Virus record (IMG/VR): IMGVR_UViG_3300034102_002177
Source: a virus
Lineage: Duplodnaviria > Heunggongvirae > Uroviricota > Caudoviricetes
Reading direction: 5' to 3' (one strand)
Length of the DNA stretch: 64,000 bases
The notes under the pieces: model-generated
Database searches by the model: none
Told to the model about the DNA's origin: nothing
Seen by the model: only the letters and a program-made list of their open reading frames with translations
Shown here: positions 1-9,798 of the stretch, piece after piece
Layout of the letters: each line of letters starts with the position of its first letter
How positions within the stretch are numbered: position 1 is the first letter of the stretch
Translations under genes and position numbers: made by a program

Positions 1-220
1 CAATTTACTTGGGTTAGTTTAAATATGACATTTGGAACAACAATAGGTGGGTCATTTACTAACACGATTTCACCTATATTACCAACACCACATTGTTTTG
101 TTGCAACTTCATCATATTATATTTTCATAAACAATGTGAGAATTAATAATGATTGTGATACAATAAGAGTTGTTAATCCTAAACCACCAAAAATTCAATA
201 ATTAACTATTTATATACAAA

Positions 221-2755
221 ATGGCATATATAATAAAAAATACATCAGGACTTGTTAACACTAGAATGACAGATACAGGTAGATTGAAAATGTCTCAAGG
301 CAATTTCAATATATCATATTTCCAAATTGGAGATAGTGAAGTTTCTTACGATAAAGTTTCTAGTACTTATAATCAAGCAAATAGTTTTGTATTAATACCA
401 CCATTTGGTAGTCAAAATAGTGACGGTATACCAAAATCAAACAAACAAAATGTTAAATATCCATATTATGTTGATGGAAATGACGGTAACACTTATGGTA
501 TTCCATACATGGATTCTACTGTTGAAAACGTTTTTAATAGGGCTCCTTTGAGAGGGTTTTTTACGGGTAATACAACCGCTAGTACAATCACATGGAGTGC
601 ATTAACAAGTAGTAATTATGTTAAAACATCCAATTATTTAGTTGATCCATTTTCATTAAATGGTACTAATGAAATTACTTTAATTTATTCTGGTTGTAAT
701 ACATTTTTAACCGGATCATTTGATGTTGGTGATTTCATTACAATTTATTTCGATGGTTTGGGTTGTAACAATTGTACTTGTGTTAATCTACCAACCCCAA
801 CTCCAACGGCATCTCAAGGATCAACCCCAACTCCAACCCCAACACCTTCTGCGACTAGTGGAACAATAAATTGTGCTAGTCCTACCCCTACACCAACACC
901 ATCAAAAACTCAATGTTTAACACCAACACCAAGTAGACAATGTCCGGCTCCACCGGATCCTGTTTGTTTAATGTCTATGTATAGTTGTTATCCAATATTA
1001 ACCTATAGAATCATTGCGGTGTGTGAAAATAAAATTACATTAGATAGAACAACACCAAATTTTGGTTTAATTAGTAATGAATGTTGTTTTAGGGCTTTAG
1101 TATACCCTAAAACCATGACAGAATTATATGATAGTATAACGCCAAGTCCACATTGGGATAATGATGTTATTAACTATGAAACAATATGTGATGTTGATCA
1201 GTTTGATGTTAAAATTTGGAATATGAATATTCCTTGGACTGAAAGTCCTGCGGGTCTAAGATCAACTCAATTTGAGGACTATACTTATTTTGGATCAGTT
1301 AATTATATAGGAAGTAAGGAGTATTTTGGATATAATTCAAATTCAGGACAAACCTTTTATGTTAATTCAACTTTAAGTGCTGAAACTACTGACACATATT
1401 ACTACAACTCATTTGATGAGGTGGTAAAAGTTGAACCTGAAGAACAAAAAGCGATTGCGATAATACATTATACAAATCAAACGATTGACTTCTTCTATGG
1501 TGAGAAATTTGCGTTAGAACCGTATGATCCATCTAACCCTGACGACACAACCGGTCAGGCAAGAAACTTTAAGGTTCACATTCCTTGGATTATGTGGCAT
1601 AAAAATCCTGAATGTTGTTTTGGTGATACATTTTGGGTAGATCCTCCGGGATTTGATGGTAAAGGATTATTTGAGGTTCATTTCATGGAATCTAATCTTA
1701 ATAATGATATGAATAACCCTGGTTTAAGATATTATCACTTATGGGATACTCACCCTAATGCTAATGGATTACCAAGTAGAATAGGTAAAGTTTTCCCTGA
1801 TAGTCAAACTATTATTATTGATGATGAAGAAATTGTTGCGGCAATGTCATATAAAGCAAATCGAAATTGGACATTACCGGCACCTCAAGTATCATTAATA
1901 ACTCCGAATATATGTGATACAACCTCATCTACGATTAATGGTATATTAACGGGTAGTAATGAAACTATGTATATTACATATCGTTTAACTAATGATTACG
2001 GATTTACAAATTCATTACATTCCAATTATTATATTAAGATAACGGGTAATAATAACGATTGTTTCCCTGATACGTCTAAAAACGTGGCGATAAGATTTGG
2101 TGGTGAATTTGGATGTTTAGTTGTACCGGGATACAACCCAACAACAACCACAACAACGTATAGTCCAATAACAACTACAACAACAGTATATAGTCCTGTT
2201 ACAACTACTACCACATTCTGCCCAACTTGTGATATACCAAATGGTTTTTATGCTACTAAATTTGAAGTTTTGGCACAAAAAGTACCAACAGGTACTAGAC
2301 CAAATCCATCTAATTGGAGGTTAATAGATTTTACAAATAGTATTAGTGGAGACACAATTAATGGTTATATTACTGAAGATGCCTTAACAGGTACCACATT
2401 TATAGTAACGGAATCTTTGTATAATTCGGCTCCATATTATAACTTAAATGACTATATTGATTTAACCCCACTTGGTAATACAAGTCCAAAATTAAATTTT
2501 GGTGATGAATATTATTTTTATGGTGGGATTGAAACCGATATTCAAGCAACGATTTATGAAATGATGTATAAAGTTAATTTAAATTATACTGAATTCCAAA
2601 ATACGTCAAATCCGACATGGACACCAGGAACAAAATCTTATATTACTGAAATTGCGTTATTAGATGACAAAAAAGACGTGTTGGTTGTATCAAAACTACA
2701 ATCACCTGTTTTAAGACAAGGGATACAACAGTTCTTAGTTAAGTTTGATTTATAA
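221..2755 (+). CDS. Large Cys-rich protein with Pro/Thr-rich linkers (PTPTPT tracts near nt 790-940; poly-Thr near nt 2140-2220). Putative virion surface or host-recognition protein
   Basis: 844-aa uninterrupted ORF. PTPTPT linkers separate Cys-rich modules. Function is inferred only from composition and architecture. Confidence 0.6.
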   Translation: MAYIIKNTSGLVNTRMTDTGRLKMSQGNFNISYFQIGDSEVSYDKVSSTYNQANSFVLIPPFGSQNSDGIPKSNKQNVKYPYYVDGNDGNTYGIPYMDSTVENVFNRAPLRGFFTGNTTASTITWSALTSSNYVKTSNYLVDPFSLNGTNEITLIYSGCNTFLTGSFDVGDFITIYFDGLGCNNCTCVNLPTPTPTASQGSTPTPTPTPSATSGTINCASPTPTPTPSKTQCLTPTPSRQCPAPPDPVCLMSMYSCYPILTYRIIAVCENKITLDRTTPNFGLISNECCFRALVYPKTMTELYDSITPSPHWDNDVINYETICDVDQFDVKIWNMNIPWTESPAGLRSTQFEDYTYFGSVNYIGSKEYFGYNSNSGQTFYVNSTLSAETTDTYYYNSFDEVVKVEPEEQKAIAIIHYTNQTIDFFYGEKFALEPYDPSNPDDTTGQARNFKVHIPWIMWHKNPECCFGDTFWVDPPGFDGKGLFEVHFMESNLNNDMNNPGLRYYHLWDTHPNANGLPSRIGKVFPDSQTIIIDDEEIVAAMSYKANRNWTLPAPQVSLITPNICDTTSSTINGILTGSNETMYITYRLTNDYGFTNSLHSNYYIKITGNNNDCFPDTSKNVAIRFGGEFGCLVVPGYNPTTTTTTYSPITTTTTVYSPVTTTTTFCPTCDIPNGFYATKFEVLAQKVPTGTRPNPSNWRLIDFTNSISGDTINGYITEDALTGTTFIVTESLYNSAPYYNLNDYIDLTPLGNTSPKLNFGDEYYFYGGIETDIQATIYEMMYKVNLNYTEFQNTSNPTWTPGTKSYITEIALLDDKKDVLVVSKLQSPVLRQGIQQFLVKFDL

Positions 2756-2809
2756 TAAAAACTTTAGTTTTATTATCGTCTAATTATATTATTATAAAAT
2801 AATCATTAT

Positions 2810-3418
2810 ATGAGAACACCAATTAAAAACTCACCTAAAGTTTTAGGGTTAGATATTTCCACTAAAACAATAGGATGGGCCTTATTTGATATCAAGACAC
2901 AAGAACTATTAGAATTAACTCATGTATCACCAAGACCAAAATCAAAAGATACTGAGGATAATAAAATGTTAGAGTTAATACTTAAATCTGAAATTTTTAA
3001 AACAAAATTAGAGGATTATAAAAAATTAGGTATCGTTAGTGTGATCATTGAAGAACCATTACTTAATTCAAATAACGTATATACCATTCAAACCTTATTA
3101 AGGTTTAATACATTAATATGTAAAACGATTTATGATATTATTGGTATTGTGCCTGAATTCATTTCTACATATAATTCAAGGAAATTTGCTTTTCCTGAAT
3201 TGGTTAAAGAAAATGATAAGAAGAAACACGTACTATTTGGGGGTCTCCCAAAAGACGTTGATAAGAAAATGGTTATATGGGAATTAGTTGCTAAAAGAGA
3301 ACCACAGATCCAATGGCAATATACAAAAAATCAAACACTTAAGAAAGAGAATTTTGATCAAACAGATGCATATACCTGTGTGTTAGGTTATATGAGATCA
3401 AAAGGTATATGGGAATAA
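2810..3418 (+). CDS. RuvC-like/RNase H-fold Holliday junction resolvase candidate
   Basis: N-terminal GLDISTKTIGWAL (catalytic-Asp context), IIEEP (Glu), C-terminal DQTDAYTCVLGY resembling the RuvC DAADAL motif. Confidence 0.45.
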   Translation: MRTPIKNSPKVLGLDISTKTIGWALFDIKTQELLELTHVSPRPKSKDTEDNKMLELILKSEIFKTKLEDYKKLGIVSVIIEEPLLNSNNVYTIQTLLRFNTLICKTIYDIIGIVPEFISTYNSRKFAFPELVKENDKKKHVLFGGLPKDVDKKMVIWELVAKREPQIQWQYTKNQTLKKENFDQTDAYTCVLGYMRSKGIWE

Positions 3419-3471
3419 TATATGTTAAACAACATATATTTTACTTTATATGATAATTAACATATAAATTT

Positions 3472-3530
3472 AAATATCGTCTTTTTGACCGATATTTTTA
3501 AATATCGTCTTTATAGACGATATTTTTTTT
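3472..3530. terminator. Tandem hairpins sharing AAATATCG(TC)/(GA)CGATATTT arms, each followed by a T-run, between convergent genes. Bidirectional intrinsic terminator
   Basis: Perfect 8-bp and 10-bp inverted repeats read directly, followed by TTTTTTTT. Confidence 0.6.
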
Positions 3531-5115
3531 ATGGACAAAGTACTACGTCAATTATTGTTCCTGTAGAATCTACTTGTACGGCATAAACCACAACTGATGG
3601 TGCTAATACAGATGATATTGCAATCCATTGATTATTTTGACCTGTTATTGGTAAATTTGATAAAGCATCGATTAATGGAATTCCGACAACAGGTAATGAA
3701 GTAGATGTAATCCATCCATTACTTGCAAATGATACATAATTACTACAAGCCAATATATCCGTAGACCACCAATTTGCTCCACTAGTCCAATTATAACTTG
3801 TAATTTGGTTTGTGGATGATGGTGTTGGTGTGTGTGTTGGAGTAGGTGTTGGACTTGGGAAACAAGGTATACCTGTTTCACTAACAATTATTCCACCAAA
3901 CAATGAATATGGTGTTGATAATGAATTAACAATTATGCTTTGGTATGCATTTAATGTTTGAGTTGTGGATAGTCCTGATAAATCGGTATAAATATATGAT
4001 TGACCATTAACCGGACTATTATTATTTAATAAATATTGAACACAAAGATTACTATTACAACATATACCAACATTAGTTATTACGGCGCTACCTACTGAAA
4101 TAGTTGGTATTGTGGTGGAACAAATACGAACTACTCGATCAGCCCAAAATTGCCAACCCATAGACGACGGTCTTAAATCCACTAATCTATTATCTGAACA
4201 ATCGTTAAATGTAATAACTCCAATCTGAGCCGCAGAATTAAAGTTTGATATTGTATATGCGTTACACGAACAAGGTGTTGTTGGTGTTGGGGTCATTGTT
4301 GGTGTTGGTGTTGGTGTAGAGGTGGTTGGAATACAATCTAAACAACTACCATCACTAGAAGGACCATATTCTGTAGTAATAACAATTTTATCACCACCAC
4401 TTATATTATCAACTATTGTTTGGAATATAAAACAAGATGATTTACCGTTTATTGTACCACCATAAACATCCCCAACTACTAATATATTACCAACTGAGTC
4501 AAATAAAGTTTGTGTTGTGTAGTATTCAATACCAGTAAAACAATCTTCAAATTTCTTACTTGTGGCACAAACAATAAATCCATCAACATTATTAAATTTT
4601 GCAACACCATCATAATTACAAGGTCTATCAATTGGTGATGAGGGTGTTGGTGTGTTTGTTGGTGTAGGTGTGGGGGTGGGTGAATATGTGTTTGCGGTGA
4701 CATCTAATGAGACCCCACCACATACATTAGTTGGCGTGGGAGTCATTGTTGGGGTTGGAGTTAAAGTTGAGGTTGGGGTAGGGGTTGGAGTTGGTGGAAC
4801 ATCACAATCAAATTCTGCATCAAAATCAATATCACAAGGTGCTGGTGTGGGAGGTGTTGGATCACAAACCCCATCAGACAAAATTGATGGATAAAAATCG
4901 GGACAACTACTTGATGTTGGGTTTGGACCAAATAAAATACAAGGGTCACCTAAATTAGATGCTAAACACCACCTACTTTCTGATGTTGAATAAAAAATAT
5001 AGTAACCATTAGTGGCTCCCGTATAGTAATCTAAACTATTATATAGACCATCAATGGTATATGTGTCATCATATACTCCGGTACCGCTTATGCAAATATT
5101 TGTACTACAACTCAT
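3529..5115 (-). CDS. Cys-rich protein with multiple PT(P/S)T linkers. Paralogous in style to the 221..2755 protein. Putative structural or adhesin protein
   Basis: 528-aa ORF with at least five PTPTPT linker tracts. The ORFs antisense to it are low-complexity artefacts. Confidence 0.6.
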   Translation of the reverse strand: MSCSTNICISGTGVYDDTYTIDGLYNSLDYYTGATNGYYIFYSTSESRWCLASNLGDPCILFGPNPTSSSCPDFYPSILSDGVCDPTPPTPAPCDIDFDAEFDCDVPPTPTPTPTSTLTPTPTMTPTPTNVCGGVSLDVTANTYSPTPTPTPTNTPTPSSPIDRPCNYDGVAKFNNVDGFIVCATSKKFEDCFTGIEYYTTQTLFDSVGNILVVGDVYGGTINGKSSCFIFQTIVDNISGGDKIVITTEYGPSSDGSCLDCIPTTSTPTPTPTMTPTPTTPCSCNAYTISNFNSAAQIGVITFNDCSDNRLVDLRPSSMGWQFWADRVVRICSTTIPTISVGSAVITNVGICCNSNLCVQYLLNNNSPVNGQSYIYTDLSGLSTTQTLNAYQSIIVNSLSTPYSLFGGIIVSETGIPCFPSPTPTPTHTPTPSSTNQITSYNWTSGANWWSTDILACSNYVSFASNGWITSTSLPVVGIPLIDALSNLPITGQNNQWIAISSVLAPSVVVYAVQVDSTGTIIDVVLCP

Positions 5116-5116
5116 A

Positions 5117-5338
5117 TTATATATTTAAAGTATCCGTAACGATACAATTATTATTATCCACCACTTTTACAACAAATTCTGTTAAACTTGAATAAACAAC
5201 AGGAATATCAAAACTATATGGTATGTCAATTGTATTAATGGTAGCGACATAAATACAAGTTGTTATTGGTGAATCACACACATATATATCAAATGGTTGT
5301 GCACCAGTAACATTGTTTATTGTTATATTTGTTGGCAT
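5117..5338 (-). CDS. Small hypothetical protein, co-oriented immediately upstream of the PT-linker gene
   Basis: 73-aa ORF abutting the downstream minus-strand gene. Confidence 0.4.
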   Translation of the reverse strand: MPTNITINNVTGAQPFDIYVCDSPITTCIYVATINTIDIPYSFDIPVVYSSLTEFVVKVVDNNNCIVTDTLNI

Positions 5339-5410
5339 ATCTATAAATATAGAACTTATTAAAAACTTGTGAAGTTGATATGTTCTTTTATTTTGTCTAT
5401 ATTACTAAAA

Positions 5411-6310
5411 ATGGATGAAAGCGAAGCAATAGTTGAATTACTTGAGGATCTTTTAGGGGATCATGGATTACATTATCCTAATAGAGGTCAAATATCTTTT
5501 AATTGTCCTGTGTGTGATGAGGGTAGGAATAAACATAATTTAGAAATAAACTACATAAATAATGTTTATAAATGTTGGTCATGTGGGGATGTTGATGGAA
5601 CGCATGGTTCTTTAGGTAAATTATTTGATAAGTACGGTAATAAAAAGTTAAAGAAACTATATAATGTTTTGAAACCTGAGACCGTACAACCAAAACAAAG
5701 AAAAACAAAGAAACTTACCTTACCTGAAGGATTTACCTTATTTAAGGATTCAAGTGTGGTTTATCCGGTTAGACGACAAGCGTATAATTACCTAAAAAAT
5801 AGAGGGATAACAGATGAAATTATTGAAAAATATAATATTGGCTTTTGTGATCGTGGTAGTCATACAGGTCGCATTGTCGTTCCATCCTATAACAGTAAAG
5901 GAGAATTAAATTATTATATTGCCAGAAGTTGGGACACCAAAAGTAAGTTCAAGTATAAAAACCCTGAAGCAGAAAAAGATAAGATCATCTTCAATGAGAG
6001 ATTAATTGATTGGGGTAAAGACATTTATTTAGTAGAAGGTGTGTTTGATGGATTTTTCTTAGATAATTCAATCCCAATGTTAGGAAAACATATGTCCGAA
6101 ATTTTATTTGAGAAGATATATACCAAAGCGAAAGGTGATATTATCATTGCGTTGGATGGGGATGCTTGGGACAATGCGGTTAAACTATATCGTGAATTAA
6201 ATGGGGGTGAATTATATGATAGAATTAAGATAGTTCATTTACCTATGGATCAAGATGTTTGTGACCTACGAGGAAAAATTGAAGATTTTTTTGTAAAAAT
6301 TAGAGATTAA
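5411..6310 (+). CDS. DNA primase, T7 gp4-type: Zn-ribbon plus TOPRIM, no helicase domain
   Basis: CPVCDEG...CWSCGD zinc ribbon. TOPRIM motifs YLVEGVFDG (ExxD) and IIIALDGDAWD (DxD). The track start at 5369 is GTG; the first ATG (MDESEA) is at 5411. Confidence 0.8.
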   Translation: MDESEAIVELLEDLLGDHGLHYPNRGQISFNCPVCDEGRNKHNLEINYINNVYKCWSCGDVDGTHGSLGKLFDKYGNKKLKKLYNVLKPETVQPKQRKTKKLTLPEGFTLFKDSSVVYPVRRQAYNYLKNRGITDEIIEKYNIGFCDRGSHTGRIVVPSYNSKGELNYYIARSWDTKSKFKYKNPEAEKDKIIFNERLIDWGKDIYLVEGVFDGFFLDNSIPMLGKHMSEILFEKIYTKAKGDIIIALDGDAWDNAVKLYRELNGGELYDRIKIVHLPMDQDVCDLRGKIEDFFVKIRD

Positions 6311-6323
6311 TAAAAAAAAGTAT

Positions 6324-6331
6324 TATCTTTG
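6324..6331 (+). promoter_or_regulatory. Bacteroidetes-type -7 promoter box TAtcTTTG, 20 nt upstream of the ATG at 6352
   Basis: Exact TAnnTTTG. The same TATCTTTG/TACCTTTG recurs upstream of five other genes. Confidence 0.55.
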
Positions 6332-6351
6332 TGAAATTAATTATATAAAAT

Positions 6352-7206
6352 ATGGATTTAAAAGAAGTTGCTAACGAAATACGTGAGATAATTGCTCAGA
6401 AGCAAAAAGAACTTAAACTAACGTTTGAGGAGGATTCTCATAAGTATACGATGATAGATGTTGATGGTAAATTAAGAGATGATTTCCCATCTGTTTCAAA
6501 AGTTCTTAAATCATTTTATGAGGAATTTGATTCTGAAGGAATTTCATACAGAAAGGCAAATGGAGATCCGTACGAACAACAACGACTATTAGAAGAATGG
6601 GCGGCGGCTGGTGAGTACTCGGTAAACATTGGATCTAGATCTCACTTCTTTTTAGAAGAACATACGTTAAATGAGTTCGGTCTTGAGAAAGAATTGAGAC
6701 AACCTGTTTTTAAATGTGATGCCGAACAAATCGTTAAAAGTGATACGATGATAGTGGCCGGCAAAAAATACATTGATCTTCTTAAAGAACGAGGATGTGT
6801 ATTATTAGATACTGAAATTGTATTGGGTCACCCTGAATTAGGATATACAGGACAACCTGATAAGGTTTGGTTAGTTATTGGTGTTAATGGTCAAGTTGGT
6901 ATACTTATCACGGATTGGAAAACAAACAAACCAAAAAACTTTGAAACCAATAAGTTTACAAAGCAAATGAAGACACCTCTTGATCACTTACCGGATAATG
7001 CTCTTGGTCACTATAAAACACAACTTCCACTATATGGTAAGTTATTGTTAAAAATGTTAGAGGGATCTAAATATGAGAATATCCAACTATTAGGATGTAT
7101 TATTGTTCTAATAACAGAAGAAAGAGAGTATGTTGAACATAGAGTTGATAAAAAGACAATTAATACTATCTTAGAGATGAATGTTAAACAATATTTGAAA
7201 AAATAA
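6352..7206 (+). CDS. PD-(D/E)XK-family nuclease (lambda-Exo/YqaJ/Cas4-like recombination exonuclease)
   Basis: GQPDKVW ... ILITDWKT gives PD-x(n)-DxK. Sits between primase and Mre11/Rad50 genes. Confidence 0.5.
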   Translation: MDLKEVANEIREIIAQKQKELKLTFEEDSHKYTMIDVDGKLRDDFPSVSKVLKSFYEEFDSEGISYRKANGDPYEQQRLLEEWAAAGEYSVNIGSRSHFFLEEHTLNEFGLEKELRQPVFKCDAEQIVKSDTMIVAGKKYIDLLKERGCVLLDTEIVLGHPELGYTGQPDKVWLVIGVNGQVGILITDWKTNKPKNFETNKFTKQMKTPLDHLPDNALGHYKTQLPLYGKLLLKMLEGSKYENIQLLGCIIVLITEEREYVEHRVDKKTINTILEMNVKQYLKK

Positions 7207-7225
7207 ACTTTAAAAATTATATTAA

Positions 7226-7438
7226 ATGGATGATATTTTAAAACCAAGAATTGACCTTAAACAACAACCAACGGTTACTTGTGAGGATTGTGGGTCAAAG
7301 TACTTCAAAGAAGTGGTATTATTAAAAAAAGTACCAAAGTTATTAACCGGAAGTTCAGAAGATACGATCGTACCATTCCCAACATATATGTGTAATTCAT
7401 GTGGGTTTGTTAATGAGGACTTCATATTATTTGATTAA
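7226..7438 (+). CDS. Small zinc-ribbon protein
   Basis: CEDCGS ... CNSCGF pair of CxxC. Confidence 0.4.
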   Translation: MDDILKPRIDLKQQPTVTCEDCGSKYFKEVVLLKKVPKLLTGSSEDTIVPFPTYMCNSCGFVNEDFILFD

Positions 7439-7582
7439 AATGGAAATTGGAAAAATGACAATAAGTGAGGTATATCCTCATTTGAAAACTATATCGCTTG
7501 CGTATGGTTTAAGATTAAACAGATCAAAAGATTTTAAGTTAGCAAGAATTATTTTAGCAAACCTTTATAGTAGAGAATTAGT

Positions 7583-7828
7583 ATGACATACAAAGAATTT
7601 TACATTTGGTTAGAAGGATTTATGACCAATAGAAGTTGGACAGTTATTCAACAATCCGACATTGAGGGAATTCAGAATAAAATGAAAGAAGTTAAAGAAG
7701 TGAACCAACCTGGTATGTTTGATCCTAACAGAATACCAATACCGGTTAACCCATTTCCTAAAACTGATGACCCATTTAAACCACCATTTGAAATATATTG
7801 CAGAGACAAAACACAATTAAATGATTAA
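7583..7828 (+). CDS. Hypothetical protein
   Basis: 81-aa ORF in the operon run. Confidence 0.3.
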   Translation: MTYKEFYIWLEGFMTNRSWTVIQQSDIEGIQNKMKEVKEVNQPGMFDPNRIPIPVNPFPKTDDPFKPPFEIYCRDKTQLND

Positions 7829-8600
7829 GAAAATAGTACACTTTTCTGATTTACATATCAGATTATTTAAAGATCACGATTTATACCGATCAATATTAGA
7901 GACGGCAATTAAACAATGGAAAGAATTAGAACCTGACCGTATAATATTTACGGGTGATTTAGTTCATTCTAAAAACCAAATAACACCCGAACTTATTGAG
8001 ATTGTTGCTTGGATTTTAACTGAATGTTCATTCATTGCTAAAACTGTTATTATACCTGGTAATCACGACTTTTTGGTAAACAATACCGAAAGATTAGATG
8101 CTCTTACTCCTATTATTAATTCTTTGAGGAATGAGGATATTGTGTACTACCGAGATAGAGGTGTGTATGAGGATGAGAATATTAGTTGGTGTGTCTATTC
8201 GCAATATCAGGCTAATATCCCACCGGATTTGAATGTTGCCACGGGAATTAAAATTGGTTTATTTCACGGACCAATTCAAGGAATGAAAACCGATCTTGGT
8301 TTTGATTTTGGAGAAGAAGCATATGATGTGGATAAGTTCAACGGACTTGAAGCCGTACTATGTGGTGATATACATAAAAGACAGGAATTCAAATTCAAAA
8401 CCGGTAAAGGTTATATGATTGGAAGCCCTATTCAACAGAATATTGGAGAAAGTATTGGCAAACATGGATATGGTATTTATGACATTGTCAAAAAAGAATA
8501 TTCGTATGTTGATCTACCGAACCCAAAACCATTTTTAAAGTTCTCCATAAAATCATTTGAAGACATTGAAAATGGAACAGAAAAACTCCAAAATATTTAG
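7821..8600 (+). CDS. Mre11/SbcD-like metallophosphoesterase nuclease (T4 gp47-like)
   Basis: Calcineurin-fold motifs HFSDLHI, FTGDLVH, PGNHDF, FHGP, CGDIHK. Adjacent to a Rad50-like gene. Confidence 0.75.
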   Translation: MIKKIVHFSDLHIRLFKDHDLYRSILETAIKQWKELEPDRIIFTGDLVHSKNQITPELIEIVAWILTECSFIAKTVIIPGNHDFLVNNTERLDALTPIINSLRNEDIVYYRDRGVYEDENISWCVYSQYQANIPPDLNVATGIKIGLFHGPIQGMKTDLGFDFGEEAYDVDKFNGLEAVLCGDIHKRQEFKFKTGKGYMIGSPIQQNIGESIGKHGYGIYDIVKKEYSYVDLPNPKPFLKFSIKSFEDIENGTEKLQNI

Positions 8601-9186
8601 TAAGGAAACGATTCAGTTAGTAATGGCATTTTGTGAATCCCAAGAAATAAAAGACGTAAACAACTTTATGTATTTATGTTTCAAACAAGGGTTTGATATA
8701 AAGAAATATGGATTTTTAGGGGAAACCGAACAAGAAAAAATTGTAGAAGTTCCTGTTGAAATTATCAAAGAGGTTGAGAAAATAGTTGAGGTTCCTGTTG
8801 AAAAAGTTATTACAAAAATAGAATACATACGTGACCAAAATAACGAAAACGAACTTGTTGAAAAAATTACCAAGTTGGAAAATGAAATGTCTAAAAAGGA
8901 TGAAGAATTAGACGAACTTAGACGTAATTTAGACATAATTGTAGACAAACCACCGGTTGAAGTAATCAAAGAGGTGGAGAAAATCGTTGAAGTCATTAAA
9001 GAGGTTGAGAAACCGGATGATAGGATGGAAATGTTACAAGAAACATTACTTACCTTAAGAAAAGAACTTCAAACAAAAAACGAAAGAATAAAAGAATTAG
9101 AAAAAATAAACCGAGATCTTGAGAACATCAGTTCAAATAAAGGGGCTGTTTTTCTTAGGGGATCAAATTTAAATAATAGATTATGA
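8557..9186 (+). CDS. Coiled-coil protein carrying EKIVEVPVE/IKEVEKIVEV repeats. The start is probably an internal Met (8572 or 8623)
   Basis: Repeats at nt 8737-8806 and 8961-9010. The rest is heptad-like and E/K-rich. Confidence 0.5.
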   Translation: MKTLKMEQKNSKIFSKETIQLVMAFCESQEIKDVNNFMYLCFKQGFDIKKYGFLGETEQEKIVEVPVEIIKEVEKIVEVPVEKVITKIEYIRDQNNENELVEKITKLENEMSKKDEELDELRRNLDIIVDKPPVEVIKEVEKIVEVIKEVEKPDDRMEMLQETLLTLRKELQTKNERIKELEKINRDLENISSNKGAVFLRGSNLNNRL

Positions 9187-9536
9187 TAGAATTATTAATT
9201 TGGATGATTGTGGCATATGGTATGACCACAATATTAGTGTATGGATCAATCTTTAATGGGTTGAGAAATAATATTAAAAAAGCGGGTAGTAATGAAGGAT
9301 GGTTCTTAACTAGACCATTTTTTAAATTTGTATCTGACTTAATTTCTTGTATGTTATGTACGGGAACATGGGTAGGGTTTTTCCTATCATTAACTTTTTA
9401 TTCACCAATTTCACATTTTATTGGACTTAATGAATATTATTCCGTATTCTTTGATGGAATGTTATCCGCAGGTTCAGTTTGGGGGATTAATGCAATAATT
9501 GAATGGTTTGAAGAAAATAGACCGAGTAATAAATAA
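9183..9536 (+). CDS. Small integral membrane protein (CxxC in a TM segment, DUF1360-like)
   Basis: Three hydrophobic helices. CMLCTGTW motif. Confidence 0.45.
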   Translation: MIELLIWMIVAYGMTTILVYGSIFNGLRNNIKKAGSNEGWFLTRPFFKFVSDLISCMLCTGTWVGFFLSLTFYSPISHFIGLNEYYSVFFDGMLSAGSVWGINAIIEWFEENRPSNK

Positions 9537-9553
9537 TAACAAATAATATAACA

Positions 9554-9796
9554 ATGGGAAAAGCGGCAAAGGCTCACAGAGCAAAAGTGGAAAAACGAAA
9601 CAGAAAAATTGCACAAGACAAATACGCAATGAACAAGGCAATTGAACGAATGTTTGAGGCACGAAAAATGGCAATGGAAAATGAAGAAAACCTAAATGTT
9701 GAATTAAACGGACAAGAATTAGGGTTTCAAGTTGTTGAAGAAGTAGAGGTTAATGAATCACAAGTTGAAGACCAAGTTTCTGAGTTACAAAAATAA
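9554..9796 (+). CDS. Small basic/acidic bipartite protein
   Basis: 80-aa ORF, Lys/Arg-rich N-terminus, acidic C-terminus. Confidence 0.35.
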   Translation: MGKAAKAHRAKVEKRNRKIAQDKYAMNKAIERMFEARKMAMENEENLNVELNGQELGFQVVEEVEVNESQVEDQVSELQK

Positions 9797-9798
9797 AA

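Noticed and set aside
2029-2214. 61-aa minus-strand ORF inside the 221..2755 gene
   Set aside because: Antisense frame of the poly-Thr (ACAACAACA) tract, giving poly-Val. Artefact.
3672-4949. Four track ORFs (3672..3887 -, 4479..4703 -, 4652..4894 +, 4761..4949 -) nested in or antisense to the 3529..5115 gene
   Set aside because: They translate to His/Gln/Val/Gly low-complexity peptides. These are simply alternative frames of the PTPTPT-coding repeats. The long minus-strand frame is the real gene.
8613-8996. 127-aa minus-strand Ser/Thr-rich ORF
   Set aside because: Antisense of the GAA/GTT-rich EKIVEV repeat region. Composition-driven artefact.
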